Below are positions 27,734 to 37,235 of a DNA stretch of 64,000 bases, piece by piece. Location: NCBI GenBank assembly GCA_041674285.1, contig JBAYVZ010000005.1, forward strand, positions 5,176-69,175. Direction: 5' to 3'. The stretch comes from Minisyncoccota bacterium (GTDB lineage Bacteria > Patescibacteriota > Minisyncoccia > Phycocordibacterales > UBA9973). Made by a program: the position numbers and the translations under genes. Below the pieces are notes generated by a model. The model was not told the DNA's origin. It ran no database searches and saw nothing but the letters and a program-made list of their open reading frames with translations. Every line of letters starts with the position of its first letter. Within the stretch, counting starts at the first letter, position 1.

Positions 27734-29873
27734 ATTTTATACACAATTTATATCGTTGTTTATTATCTTGCAATTAGTATTTGCTCCTATTGTTACAGTT
27801 GCAGCCGAGACCGCAGGAGCGGATGCATTTGGAGGATTCGGGTCACTCATAGGATGCTCTAGTAGCACGGCTCGAGGTATGGGTGGAGCACTGAGCTCTA
27901 TATCTGGATTATTTACTAAAAAATCAGACTCAACAAAAGCTAAAAATATAACAGATGGATTCCTAAAATCTCAGACAACTAGCGAGTCCTTGGGTGCTTC
28001 TGCTATACCAGTAGAAAACAAAGATCTAGTAAAAACAGCAGAGAACACTGCAAAGACTGCAGAGATAAATGAACGGGTAAACCAAAGAGAGGAGTGTCTA
28101 AATGGTCTAGCATACAGAGTAGCAAAATTCGCACTAGCGAAACTAACAGAGCAGACAGTGAACTGGATAAACACTGGATTTAATGGTGATCCGTTCTTTA
28201 TACGTGACCCACAATCATATTTCAAGAGTATCGTAGATAGTGAAGTAAATTCAATTCTAGGACCAATCAGCAAATACCAAGACAAAGAAACATACCCATA
28301 TGGCAGAGATTTTGCCAGGGCTTTTCTTCAAAATAGAACAAATAGCTACAACAGCTATTCACAGTCAAATCTGAATAGATATATGATGAAAAACACCACC
28401 CCGGAGCAATACTCACGTAATTTTGCAAACGGTGGATGGGATGGGTGGCTAGGAATGACTCAAAATCCAGCAAACAATCCACTAGGATTCGGATTGATAA
28501 CATCCCAAGAAATAGCTGACAGGAGTGCTAGATCAACACAAGACACACTAAATGAACTAAACTGGGGGGATGGATTTCTCAGTCAGAAAAAATGTGCAGA
28601 ACCAAAAGACTACACACCAGCAAATGCAAAAGAAAAACCTTGTCAAAAGTGGGAGACAGTCACACCAGGTATAGCAATATCCGGACAGCTATCAAGAGTG
28701 ATGGGTACATCATACAATCAACTAGAGATGGCTGACCAGATAAATGAATCAATGAGCCTAATATTTGATGCTCTAATAAACAAAGCAATGGTAGACGGAG
28801 TGAGCAAGCTCTCTAGTAAAAGAGATAATTCATATACTACATTTGGAGGACTCGGGTCAAACAGAGTATACAACAGCACTGGAGAAGATATAACTAGCCT
28901 GACAAATATGGGAATTAGTGGGAACAATTCAATGAATTCTCCTCAAGCATCGGGATGGTTTAATCAAAATGAAGAATTCGACATAACAGGAAAGAAAAAC
29001 AGTTCAAATAATCTAGGGGTAGTATTAAAAAATCAAAGAGATTACAAAACAGAACTAACTAAAACAGTAGAGATCATCCCAAAAATTCTACCGAGCGTAG
29101 GGGAGCTAGACTACTGCATACCAGGACCAAATCCAAACTGGACCACAGACGTGGAATACATATTATCAAATATTGATTCATTGCAAGCAAAAGGAGTAAA
29201 TCTTGCAGATCCAGATTTTCAAGAGGTGTCCAAGGGGTGGGGAGTAGCAGGCAATATATTGATGGTGACTGGAGGTGTGATATCTATGACAGGCATAGGA
29301 GCTCCTATCGGTCTAGCTGTAGCTGGTATCGGTATGTTAGTAAGCTCAATATCAAGCTGGGTAGGTAGTAAAAAGCAAGATGTATACAATGCCAACAAAA
29401 CAATACTAGAAAATACCCAAGAAGCTGAGATCAATATGCAGAACAATTTAATAGAAGAGACTGCGGGGTTAGACAGAGAAGAATACAAAAAATACAAAGC
29501 TGCAATTGAGAAATATTATGCAAAAAATATTCCAGTAGCAGAAAAAGCTCTAGGGATAGCATCAAATCTAAACAGCTACAAAGAATCGGTACCCGATGCT
29601 ATAGATATATATAGCCAGACGATAAACGAGACGACTGTAAACATAAATGAGCTTGTTGACATAAAGAGGCAAGTGGATGAGATAATGAAACAAGATTATA
29701 TCCAAAAACAAATAGACCGATGTGGTACACAGGCAGCACCTGCAGATCTAGGGTCATATAGTGGTGGTGGATTTATAAATGTAGGTGGTGGTACTGGTCC
29801 TAGCACGGGAGGGAATAGTGGATCTGCCGGATCAGTGGGCAACAATGGTGGTGGATTTATACAATTCCCATAA
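27705..29873 (+). CDS. Large secreted protein (722 aa) with a Gly-rich C-terminus
   Basis: Signal peptide; a possible second TM region (GVAGNILMVTGGVISMTGIGAPIGLAVAGIGMLV); C-terminal GGGFINVGGGTGPSTGGNSG. Confidence 0.4.
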   Translation: MVYLKKMRTRFYTQFISLFIILQLVFAPIVTVAAETAGADAFGGFGSLIGCSSSTARGMGGALSSISGLFTKKSDSTKAKNITDGFLKSQTTSESLGASAIPVENKDLVKTAENTAKTAEINERVNQREECLNGLAYRVAKFALAKLTEQTVNWINTGFNGDPFFIRDPQSYFKSIVDSEVNSILGPISKYQDKETYPYGRDFARAFLQNRTNSYNSYSQSNLNRYMMKNTTPEQYSRNFANGGWDGWLGMTQNPANNPLGFGLITSQEIADRSARSTQDTLNELNWGDGFLSQKKCAEPKDYTPANAKEKPCQKWETVTPGIAISGQLSRVMGTSYNQLEMADQINESMSLIFDALINKAMVDGVSKLSSKRDNSYTTFGGLGSNRVYNSTGEDITSLTNMGISGNNSMNSPQASGWFNQNEEFDITGKKNSSNNLGVVLKNQRDYKTELTKTVEIIPKILPSVGELDYCIPGPNPNWTTDVEYILSNIDSLQAKGVNLADPDFQEVSKGWGVAGNILMVTGGVISMTGIGAPIGLAVAGIGMLVSSISSWVGSKKQDVYNANKTILENTQEAEINMQNNLIEETAGLDREEYKKYKAAIEKYYAKNIPVAEKALGIASNLNSYKESVPDAIDIYSQTINETTVNINELVDIKRQVDEIMKQDYIQKQIDRCGTQAAPADLGSYSGGGFINVGGGTGPSTGGNSGSAGSVGNNGGGFIQFP

Positions 29874-29893
29874 TAAATAATTAAGTATAAAAT

Positions 29894-31522
29894 ATGCAAA
29901 ACAATGGAAACAAATTAAGAGCATTCATCATAACATTCATCGTAATGGGTATTTTGATTGCTATAGGATATTTTATATTTAAAAATGCAGGCACTGACAA
30001 CACAACACGAGGAGAAAGCATCGGGAAAAAATTCACGTCTCTGTTCGGACAATCAAAACAATTACCAGCCGACAAGATAGACGACGTAGACACACAAAAT
30101 AACACAAACAATACGGACCCCAACCAAACGGACCAAACTGCCGGGAATGGATCAACAGGATCAAACACTGACGGGACAAGCAACACAGGCAGCACGGGGT
30201 CACAGAACAATGGACAGAGCACGGCGAACAATGGATTATCAAACACAATAATACCTAAACTTAATCCATTCCCATACGGCGGTAGTGGAACTTATGGGGG
30301 TGGACTTATCAGTGGGGGAGGTGTCACTGGTGGTGGATTTATAGGAGGGGGTGGTTTTACAGGTGGTGATAGTGGCTTTACGGGAGGGGGTACGAATGGT
30401 GGAGGTGATACATTTGACTACGGTGACCTAATAACATCAAAACCAGAGTGTAGCGATGGCATAGACAATGACGGTGACGGCAAAAAAGATAGCGCCGATT
30501 CAGGGTGTCACACAGACTTGAAAGCATCAAATGCCTATTCATATTTCCCTGGATGGGACGATGAACAGTCAGAAAATGATATCACAGTCGATGACAAGAA
30601 AAATATGTGCGAAGTAAACATAATATTCAACGACACAGACAAGAAGAGGATGGAGGAGCTAACTAGGCTTTTCTATAGACTTGCGCCGAATCTAGCCACA
30701 GCAGAAGATATCAAACTAGAAGTAGCCAATCAGAAGACATACGAAAATGTAATAAATAAATCAAAAGAATACACCGCTCAGTGCTACAAGGAAAGAGAGA
30801 CTCTAGGGCCGAGCAGAGCTCTGTCGAACGGCAAAGACTACATGCTAGAATCTAGAGACAATGGATATGCAAATCTTTCAAAAATAAAACCATCAGAGAC
30901 ATTCCTACCAGGGGACAAAGGTGCGTCGTTTGAAACTCCATACATAACAGTCACAGACTCATACAGAAATAGATATTTCCAAGAGCACGGAGATGATCTA
31001 ATTATAAATACAGCCATTACAAAGCAAAAAGATAGAGGCGGAGCGGCAGGTGCAGTAGCTGCTCATATCCTACAAAATATGCATGATTATGGAATAATAA
31101 AAAGATATATACCAGACCAACTAGCAGTCCCAATGACATTTGAAAATGCAAATATCAAAAACCCTGATGGTATATATAACTACAAAGGAGATGAAAATTA
31201 CCAAAAAGTCCTAGATATACTACTCCGAGAAACGGGCCAATACCTAGATGCCCTCGAACCAGGCAGGAGAGAGTGGTCTGATAGAAGTGGGAGGAATGAG
31301 ACACTCGAGACATTTATAGGATTTGTACAAGTAGTAGGATCAGATTACTGGGGATACATAAATACAAAAGAAGCCCTGAATCTATATCTAATATCAGGAG
31401 CCACCGACGATACTAGAAAGGTAGATTTTGGTAAGATCACATGGTTCTCTGGTGCATCAGAATTTGAAAATAAACCAAAGAATGCATACAAAAATTTTGA
31501 GGATGCTTTTATGATTTGGTAA
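29894..31522 (+). CDS. Membrane-anchored Gly/Thr/Asn-rich surface protein (542 aa)
   Basis: N-terminal TM; GGxxGGGF repeats; a DGIDNDGDGKKD calcium-binding-like motif. Confidence 0.4.
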   Translation: MQNNGNKLRAFIITFIVMGILIAIGYFIFKNAGTDNTTRGESIGKKFTSLFGQSKQLPADKIDDVDTQNNTNNTDPNQTDQTAGNGSTGSNTDGTSNTGSTGSQNNGQSTANNGLSNTIIPKLNPFPYGGSGTYGGGLISGGGVTGGGFIGGGGFTGGDSGFTGGGTNGGGDTFDYGDLITSKPECSDGIDNDGDGKKDSADSGCHTDLKASNAYSYFPGWDDEQSENDITVDDKKNMCEVNIIFNDTDKKRMEELTRLFYRLAPNLATAEDIKLEVANQKTYENVINKSKEYTAQCYKERETLGPSRALSNGKDYMLESRDNGYANLSKIKPSETFLPGDKGASFETPYITVTDSYRNRYFQEHGDDLIINTAITKQKDRGGAAGAVAAHILQNMHDYGIIKRYIPDQLAVPMTFENANIKNPDGIYNYKGDENYQKVLDILLRETGQYLDALEPGRREWSDRSGRNETLETFIGFVQVVGSDYWGYINTKEALNLYLISGATDDTRKVDFGKITWFSGASEFENKPKNAYKNFEDAFMIW

Positions 31523-31612
31523 CAATAAAACTCGCCACAAAATGGCGAGTTTTATTAACATATTTTCATAAAAAAATAATGTTATTTTTTTATGAAGTGA
31601 TATAATATAATT

Positions 31613-34600
31613 GTGAAAAAATTTGGTAGCTATCTTTTGCTTTTTCTAATTATCGCGAACCTCTTCGCGCCTATTTCATTGCAGAAAAATAGTCAAGGTA
31701 ACCATGCAATAAAGACAAACATAGCCTCAGCTGAAAATGAGGCAGATACTGAAATAATAGACAATTGTAAAAAAAGTAGAGTCCAGTACTGCATCAGTAT
31801 TCGACCTACATCTGCTTCTAGCTCTACAAAAACAGTATCGATCCTCAGAATAAACATATACACCACAGAAAGCTGGTCTACGACCGAGAATCTTTCTGTT
31901 CACCTAACAATGAAAGAACAACTTTCTGGTCTAAGTGTTTTAGATAAAACTATACTTAGCTCAGAAATGCAAAAAGTAGATAGTCCATATTCAAAATCAA
32001 ATGGATTTGGTCAATACACAATACCAGTACTAGTAAATAAAGAATTAAACCCAGACACTGATTATGTGACGACAGTTGACTCGATGAGCATAGTAAAAGT
32101 AAACAATGTCGGTGGTGTGACTACAGTCCTAGCTACATCTCTAGCTACAGCTATAACAATTAAAATGTCGACAGCTTGTCTTGTTTTTCTTATACCTGGA
32201 ATTGGGCAAGTGGCTCTTGCCACATTAGCTGCAGCAACGCTAGCAGCTGGGGCTGTATATGTCTACTCAGCACTAATTGATCCAGTCACCAACAAAGAAA
32301 AGTTTGACATTCAGTTTAAAACTCCACCAGCAGCGAAGGACGGAGAGGGTCCGAATATAACAGTAGGGGATAAGACATATAGAGGTTCTACGGGTGACAC
32401 GATCATGCCGGGGTGCTCTATGATGCCAGCGATCTTAGATGAGGTAGCAAACACGAGCGGTACTTTTATGGGATGTGTAGCTCAGTTATTCTACTACGCA
32501 GTTTTTGTCCCTACATCTTTCCTATTTGCACTAGGTGGCAAATTCTTTGACTTTGCATTGCACTATTCTATACAGGACTCTTCATACAGGACACCTTTTG
32601 TCACAGAAGGGTGGAAGATCGTACGTGATCTATGTAATATATTCTTTATATTCCTGCTACTCTCTGCTGCTGTAAAGATGATCCTAGATATTGGGCACGG
32701 AGCAAAGGATATGATAGTAAAGGTAGTCATCATCGGACTATTGATAAACTTTAGCCTATTTACCACACAGATAGTAATCGACGCATCCAATATACTGACT
32801 AGATTGTTCTACAATTCAGATGCGATAAATATAGTAGTTAAAAATGGCCAAAACTCAAACGGAAACGGCAGTGTATCTAGCTATGTATACGGACAAAATG
32901 GTCAGCTACCATTGTCAGCAGCTCTAGTAGACAAGGTAGATCCCCAAGCGATAATATTGAATGCGAAAAATATAAATATCCAGAGTGTAGACAATGGAAA
33001 AGTGACAAATCCAAATGCAGCAGACATGGAAGCTGCCAATCAGGGTATCGGAGTGGGGCCATTCTTCCTAGTCACACTGCTAGCTGTAGCTATAAACTTG
33101 ATAGGATTCTTTGTGTTTATATCTGTAGCCTTAATCTTTGTGGGTAGGGTAGTAGGACTATGGTTCTCTATGATTTTTGTGCCACTCGCATTCTTCTCTT
33201 ATGCGGCACCAGACCTCCCAGAGGGATTAAAGAGATTTGGATGGAAGGGTTGGTGGGCAGAGCTGATCGGTACTGCGATGCTAGCTCCAGTATTTATGTT
33301 TATGATGTATCTGATACTCCTATTCCTATCAAAGGGATTCATGGGGTTATTCTACTCAAATGCACAAGGAGCAGAATTCGTATTGCAGACCCTCGTACCA
33401 TTCATCGTGATAATGATACTACTATGGCAAGCAAAAAGTGTGGCATCCGATATGTCAAAAGGGGTAGCTAGCTCTGTGACTACAGGCCTAAAGGTGGCTG
33501 GTGGTGCGGCTCTAGCACTAGGTGGTGCAGGCGTAGGATGGGCAGGAAGAAGTGTAATCAGAAAAATTTCATCAAAAGCTTCAGCTGGAACTACGTCAAC
33601 CCAAGAATACGAAGCAGCATCGAGAGCTGAGAAGGATTTTGGTGACTCGAGCCTGATGCAAGCATATAACAAAAAACGTGGTTTTGTCGGCCGTAATTTA
33701 GGCAAGTTAGGAACCAAAATCGGAATGCATAAAGTTTTTGGGCAAAGCACTATTGGTGGAGGAAAGGACCCTACAACAGGCCAGATATTACCTACAGAGG
33801 TTGGTGGAGTTATGAATGGCATAGGAGGTAGAATAAACAAGGCGCAGAAAAAAGTTGGAGATATTGTCCACGCAAATCATGAATACGAAAAAATTGCAAA
33901 AGAATTACATCTTGATCCTAAAATACCATACAAAGATCTTGGGGCAGTAGACAAGGCAGCGGTGGATAAAAAATTCAGAGATTCAAAGAGAGCGGATACT
34001 GAGAATAATATTAAAAAAGGTCTTGTTTCTGGAGTACCGGGAGAAAATGACTACATCAAAGATCAGGGTAATCTAGCCCGTGCAACCAGCGAATACAGTG
34101 CAGACAGAAAAGCAGAAATTACACAAGACTTCTTACTTAAAAACAATGCGACAAGCGTAGCTGGATTATCTACAGACAAAAAAGATGCCTTGGCAGCAAA
34201 AATCGCAGCCCCACTCACAGAATCAGACAATAACAAGATTAAGAACAAGCTGACAACAGAATACAAAGAAACAGTCCTAAAACACGAGACAGATCACAAA
34301 CTAGATTACGACCTGGATCATATGGCAGAAAATTCAGCAAAGAGCATATCGATAAAGGACAGGCTTTCTGCAGATTCTACTCGCGGTACATACAACCCGC
34401 TCAACCTCTCAAAACTTGACTCTATCAAGAACGACGCCTTTGCTACAAAACTAATCTTTGGTATCACCAGTGCAGTAGCAGTGGGTATGAGGACTGGTAT
34501 GAAGAATATACCTCAGGTTAATATGGGTACAGGTTCTGGGGAATTCAAAGATGACTTCAAGAACGCATTTGCAGAAGCGATAAAGGGTGCAAACTTCAAA

Positions 34601-34690
34601 ATGGAATCTGCGGGAGGTGGAGGAGGCCACGGTGGTGGACATGACGATCATGGTGGAGGGCACGACGATCATGGACATGGAGGTCACTAG
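31613..34690 (+). CDS. VirB6/TrbL/TcpH-like polytopic membrane protein (1025 aa) with a His-rich C-terminal tail
   Basis: Signal peptide, an extracytoplasmic domain of about 180 aa, about 10 TM helices, a hydrophilic tail of about 380 aa, and a terminal GGGGGHGGGHDDHGGGHDDHGHGGH. Confidence 0.45.
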   Translation: MKKFGSYLLLFLIIANLFAPISLQKNSQGNHAIKTNIASAENEADTEIIDNCKKSRVQYCISIRPTSASSSTKTVSILRINIYTTESWSTTENLSVHLTMKEQLSGLSVLDKTILSSEMQKVDSPYSKSNGFGQYTIPVLVNKELNPDTDYVTTVDSMSIVKVNNVGGVTTVLATSLATAITIKMSTACLVFLIPGIGQVALATLAAATLAAGAVYVYSALIDPVTNKEKFDIQFKTPPAAKDGEGPNITVGDKTYRGSTGDTIMPGCSMMPAILDEVANTSGTFMGCVAQLFYYAVFVPTSFLFALGGKFFDFALHYSIQDSSYRTPFVTEGWKIVRDLCNIFFIFLLLSAAVKMILDIGHGAKDMIVKVVIIGLLINFSLFTTQIVIDASNILTRLFYNSDAINIVVKNGQNSNGNGSVSSYVYGQNGQLPLSAALVDKVDPQAIILNAKNINIQSVDNGKVTNPNAADMEAANQGIGVGPFFLVTLLAVAINLIGFFVFISVALIFVGRVVGLWFSMIFVPLAFFSYAAPDLPEGLKRFGWKGWWAELIGTAMLAPVFMFMMYLILLFLSKGFMGLFYSNAQGAEFVLQTLVPFIVIMILLWQAKSVASDMSKGVASSVTTGLKVAGGAALALGGAGVGWAGRSVIRKISSKASAGTTSTQEYEAASRAEKDFGDSSLMQAYNKKRGFVGRNLGKLGTKIGMHKVFGQSTIGGGKDPTTGQILPTEVGGVMNGIGGRINKAQKKVGDIVHANHEYEKIAKELHLDPKIPYKDLGAVDKAAVDKKFRDSKRADTENNIKKGLVSGVPGENDYIKDQGNLARATSEYSADRKAEITQDFLLKNNATSVAGLSTDKKDALAAKIAAPLTESDNNKIKNKLTTEYKETVLKHETDHKLDYDLDHMAENSAKSISIKDRLSADSTRGTYNPLNLSKLDSIKNDAFATKLIFGITSAVAVGMRTGMKNIPQVNMGTGSGEFKDDFKNAFAEAIKGANFKMESAGGGGGHGGGHDDHGGGHDDHGHGGH

Positions 34691-34697
34691 AAAATAG

Positions 34698-34824
34698 ATG
34701 GATCCCGTTAGAGATGTGTTGTTAATAAAATAAAATATAAGTTAAAATTAAGTATAAAATAATATTACATAATAAAAATTAATAAGATACGGAAATGTAA
34801 ACATTTCCTATCTCTAATGGGATG
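34698..34824 (+). repeat. A-element copy A6
   Basis: ATGGA-TCCCGTTAGAGAT ... GGAAATGT-aaac-ACATTTCC-t-ATCTCTAATGGG-ATGGA. The hairpin co-varies (A/T). Direct repeat ATGGA at both ends. Confidence 0.85.
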
Positions 34825-35979
34825 GACAAAACAGAACTACAAAAACAAATAGCAGAATACTTTTCAAAGCTACCACCAGAAGCTGCTGCTATTTTTAGTA
34901 GCATGGCCTGGATAGATCAGACAGAAGAAATAGGCAATAGGTATAATCTGACAGAGGACCAATTAAAAGCCCTAATAACAGAGACTAGCCTGGCTCTCCT
35001 AGGAGTCATACACTTGAATCAATATGAGGATATATTAATCCAAGAACTCGCTCTCCCTAAAGAAAAGATAGCACCCATGATATCTGAAATAGATAGGGAA
35101 GTATTCGCATCTATCCGCCCAGCCCTAGAAAATACATTTGAATCAAACATAGAGAACATAGCAAAAAACAAATACGGTGGAGCTCAGAATATGGACGACA
35201 GATTCAAAGGGTTGCCACCTGCTGTCCAAGAGGCTATAACAAATTCCAACTACAAAAAGAACCTATACAATATAGCCAGTAAGTACAAATTGAACATGCC
35301 GAGCATGAGCACCCTAGATGAAGTAACCACAAAAGTCATGCTAGGGATAATCCCCAGTGAAAACTACAAAAATGAACTGTCAGCAGGGGTCCAAGCTTCG
35401 CCAGAAAATATAGATCTCATAGTATCAGAAGTCAATGAACAGGTTTTTAAAAACATAAGGTCATTCCTAATTCAAAATACAAAAAGAGATGACGCTGAAA
35501 AAGAAAAAATAGAGATACCGATACCTCCATATAAGAAATCAAATATCCCGACACCCCCATACAAGAAAACAGAGCCATTCGTTCCAGTAAATTTACCAAT
35601 CGCAGAATTTGAAAAAAAAGAGACGGATGATGGCATGAAAATATCGGGGATAGAGATACTAGCAGACGAGAATACAGAAGAAAAAGTAGACGAAGAAAAA
35701 GTTACAATAAAAGAAGACAATATAATGGTAAAATCTGGGGTCTCGGTAGTAGAAGAGGGTAACAATCCCCAGGAATCACACATTATACCGAGCAAGGAAA
35801 CACAAAAATCAGTATTGTACGGTATAGAGAACCCCCAATCAACAAAATCAATACTAAATATGAAGCTCCAGGGAGCAACATCAAGTGGAGTATCCAAAAG
35901 CAATCAACCAATATCAAATATACCTCCACAAAACACAACAAAGTCAGTGATTCATGATCCATATCATGAGCAAATATAA
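34822..35979 (+). CDS. Hypothetical soluble protein with an internal duplication
   Basis: 385 aa; PPYKKSNIPTPPYKKTEP; no TM. Confidence 0.35.
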   Translation: MDKTELQKQIAEYFSKLPPEAAAIFSSMAWIDQTEEIGNRYNLTEDQLKALITETSLALLGVIHLNQYEDILIQELALPKEKIAPMISEIDREVFASIRPALENTFESNIENIAKNKYGGAQNMDDRFKGLPPAVQEAITNSNYKKNLYNIASKYKLNMPSMSTLDEVTTKVMLGIIPSENYKNELSAGVQASPENIDLIVSEVNEQVFKNIRSFLIQNTKRDDAEKEKIEIPIPPYKKSNIPTPPYKKTEPFVPVNLPIAEFEKKETDDGMKISGIEILADENTEEKVDEEKVTIKEDNIMVKSGVSVVEEGNNPQESHIIPSKETQKSVLYGIENPQSTKSILNMKLQGATSSGVSKSNQPISNIPPQNTTKSVIHDPYHEQI

Positions 35980-35994
35980 ACACCAATCATATAC

Positions 35995-36408
35995 ATGCAA
36001 TTCAAAGTCCCACAATTCATAGATATAGAAGATAAATTATTTGGACCTTTTACGTTCAAACAATTCTCATACCTAGCTGGGGGAGCGGGTATTGTATTTT
36101 TAATATACAAAACGATGCCATTATGGATAGGCATATTCCTGATTATCCCCATTGCGGGGTTAGTATTGGCTTTAGTTTTTTACAAGATAAACAATCAGCC
36201 ATTCATATATTATCTCCAGGCAGCGATAACATATGCACTCGGAAATAAACTATATATATGGAAACAGAGAATCCAAGAAAAAAATGAAGAATCAGAAGAA
36301 GAAATAAAACAAACCTCTGTCGTACCTAAAATGTCTCAAAGTAAATTAAAAGATATTGCATGGGGACTCGACATGAAAGAAGAAGATAACTCAAAAAACC
36401 TCTCGTAG
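35995..36408 (+). CDS. Small 2-TM protein, VirB3/PrgI/TcpE-like
   Basis: FKQFSYLAGGAGIVFLIY and IGIFLIIPIAGLVLALVFY. Lies immediately upstream of virB4, as in Gram-positive-type T4SS. Confidence 0.35.
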   Translation: MQFKVPQFIDIEDKLFGPFTFKQFSYLAGGAGIVFLIYKTMPLWIGIFLIIPIAGLVLALVFYKINNQPFIYYLQAAITYALGNKLYIWKQRIQEKNEESEEEIKQTSVVPKMSQSKLKDIAWGLDMKEEDNSKNLS

Positions 36409-36456
36409 TAGAGGTTTTTTTGCACTAAAAATAAAAATTGATGATATAATATAAAA

Positions 36457-37110
36457 ATGGCAATCAATGCAGAAAAATCTCAAGAATTTGTACCAATAAA
36501 AGAAATCCGTGATGGAGTGATCATCCTGAAAGATGGGGGATATCGGGCAATACTGATAGCTTCTTCTATAAACCTATCTCTAAAATCTAGCGATGAGCAG
36601 GTAGCAATAATAAATCAATTCCAAACATTCCTAAATAGTCTGGATTTTTCCGTGGAAATAGTAGTGCAGTCTCGAAGATTAGATATCCGTCCGTATTTAA
36701 TGACACTAGAAGACAGGATGAAGAACCAAGTAGAGCCACTACTTAAGATACAGACCAAGGAATACATAGACTTCATAAGATCTTTTACTGACGAGGTAAA
36801 CATAATGACAAAGTCATTCTTTATCGTAATCCCATACAGCTCCACAATAATAAAACCTACAGAGGGAATATTTGATAAACTAACTGGCAGTAGAGTAGGT
36901 ATGTCTGCTCCTGCAGAGCTTTCCAAAAAAGAAACAGAGATGGCTGAATTCGAAGAGACCAGATCTCAGCTAGATCAGCGTGTGAGCGTAGTAGCATCAG
37001 GACTTTCAGGAATGGGAATTAGAACTTCTCAATTAAAAACAGAGGAAGTAGTAGAATTATTTTATAAAACATTTAATCCTGGCGATATAAGCCAAGGAAT
37101 GAAATTATAA
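36457..37110 (+). CDS. VirB4 N-terminal domain encoded as a separate ORF
   Basis: VPIKEIRDGVIILKDGGYRAILIASSINLSLKSSDEQVAIINQFQTFLNSLDFSVEIVVQSRR follows the CagE/TrbE/VirB4 N-terminal pattern. Ends in TAA two nt before copy A7. Confidence 0.6.
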   Translation: MAINAEKSQEFVPIKEIRDGVIILKDGGYRAILIASSINLSLKSSDEQVAIINQFQTFLNSLDFSVEIVVQSRRLDIRPYLMTLEDRMKNQVEPLLKIQTKEYIDFIRSFTDEVNIMTKSFFIVIPYSSTIIKPTEGIFDKLTGSRVGMSAPAELSKKETEMAEFEETRSQLDQRVSVVASGLSGMGIRTSQLKTEEVVELFYKTFNPGDISQGMKL

Positions 37111-37111
37111 T

Positions 37112-37235
37112 ATGGGTCCCGTTAGAAGCCGCGATCACGATTTATAAATAAAAAATATGAAAAATAATTATCGAAACATTAAAAATATAACTGAGCAAAG
37201 TCGCGAAACGATCGCGATCTGCTTCTAACGGGATG
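37112..37235 (+). repeat. A-element copy A7 (TIR variant CCCGTTAGAAGC / GCTTCTAACGGG) between the two virB4 cistrons
   Basis: ATGGG-TCCCGTTAGAAGC ... TCGCGA-aac-GATCGCGA ... GCTTCTAACGGG-ATGGG. Direct repeat ATGGG at both ends. Confidence 0.85.

Noticed and set aside
37112-37235. A7 read as a self-splicing or BHB-type intron inside virB4.
   Set aside because: The upstream ORF ends in TAA two nt before the element. Precise removal of the element would not restore a continuous virB4 frame. No group I or group II intron sequence features are present.
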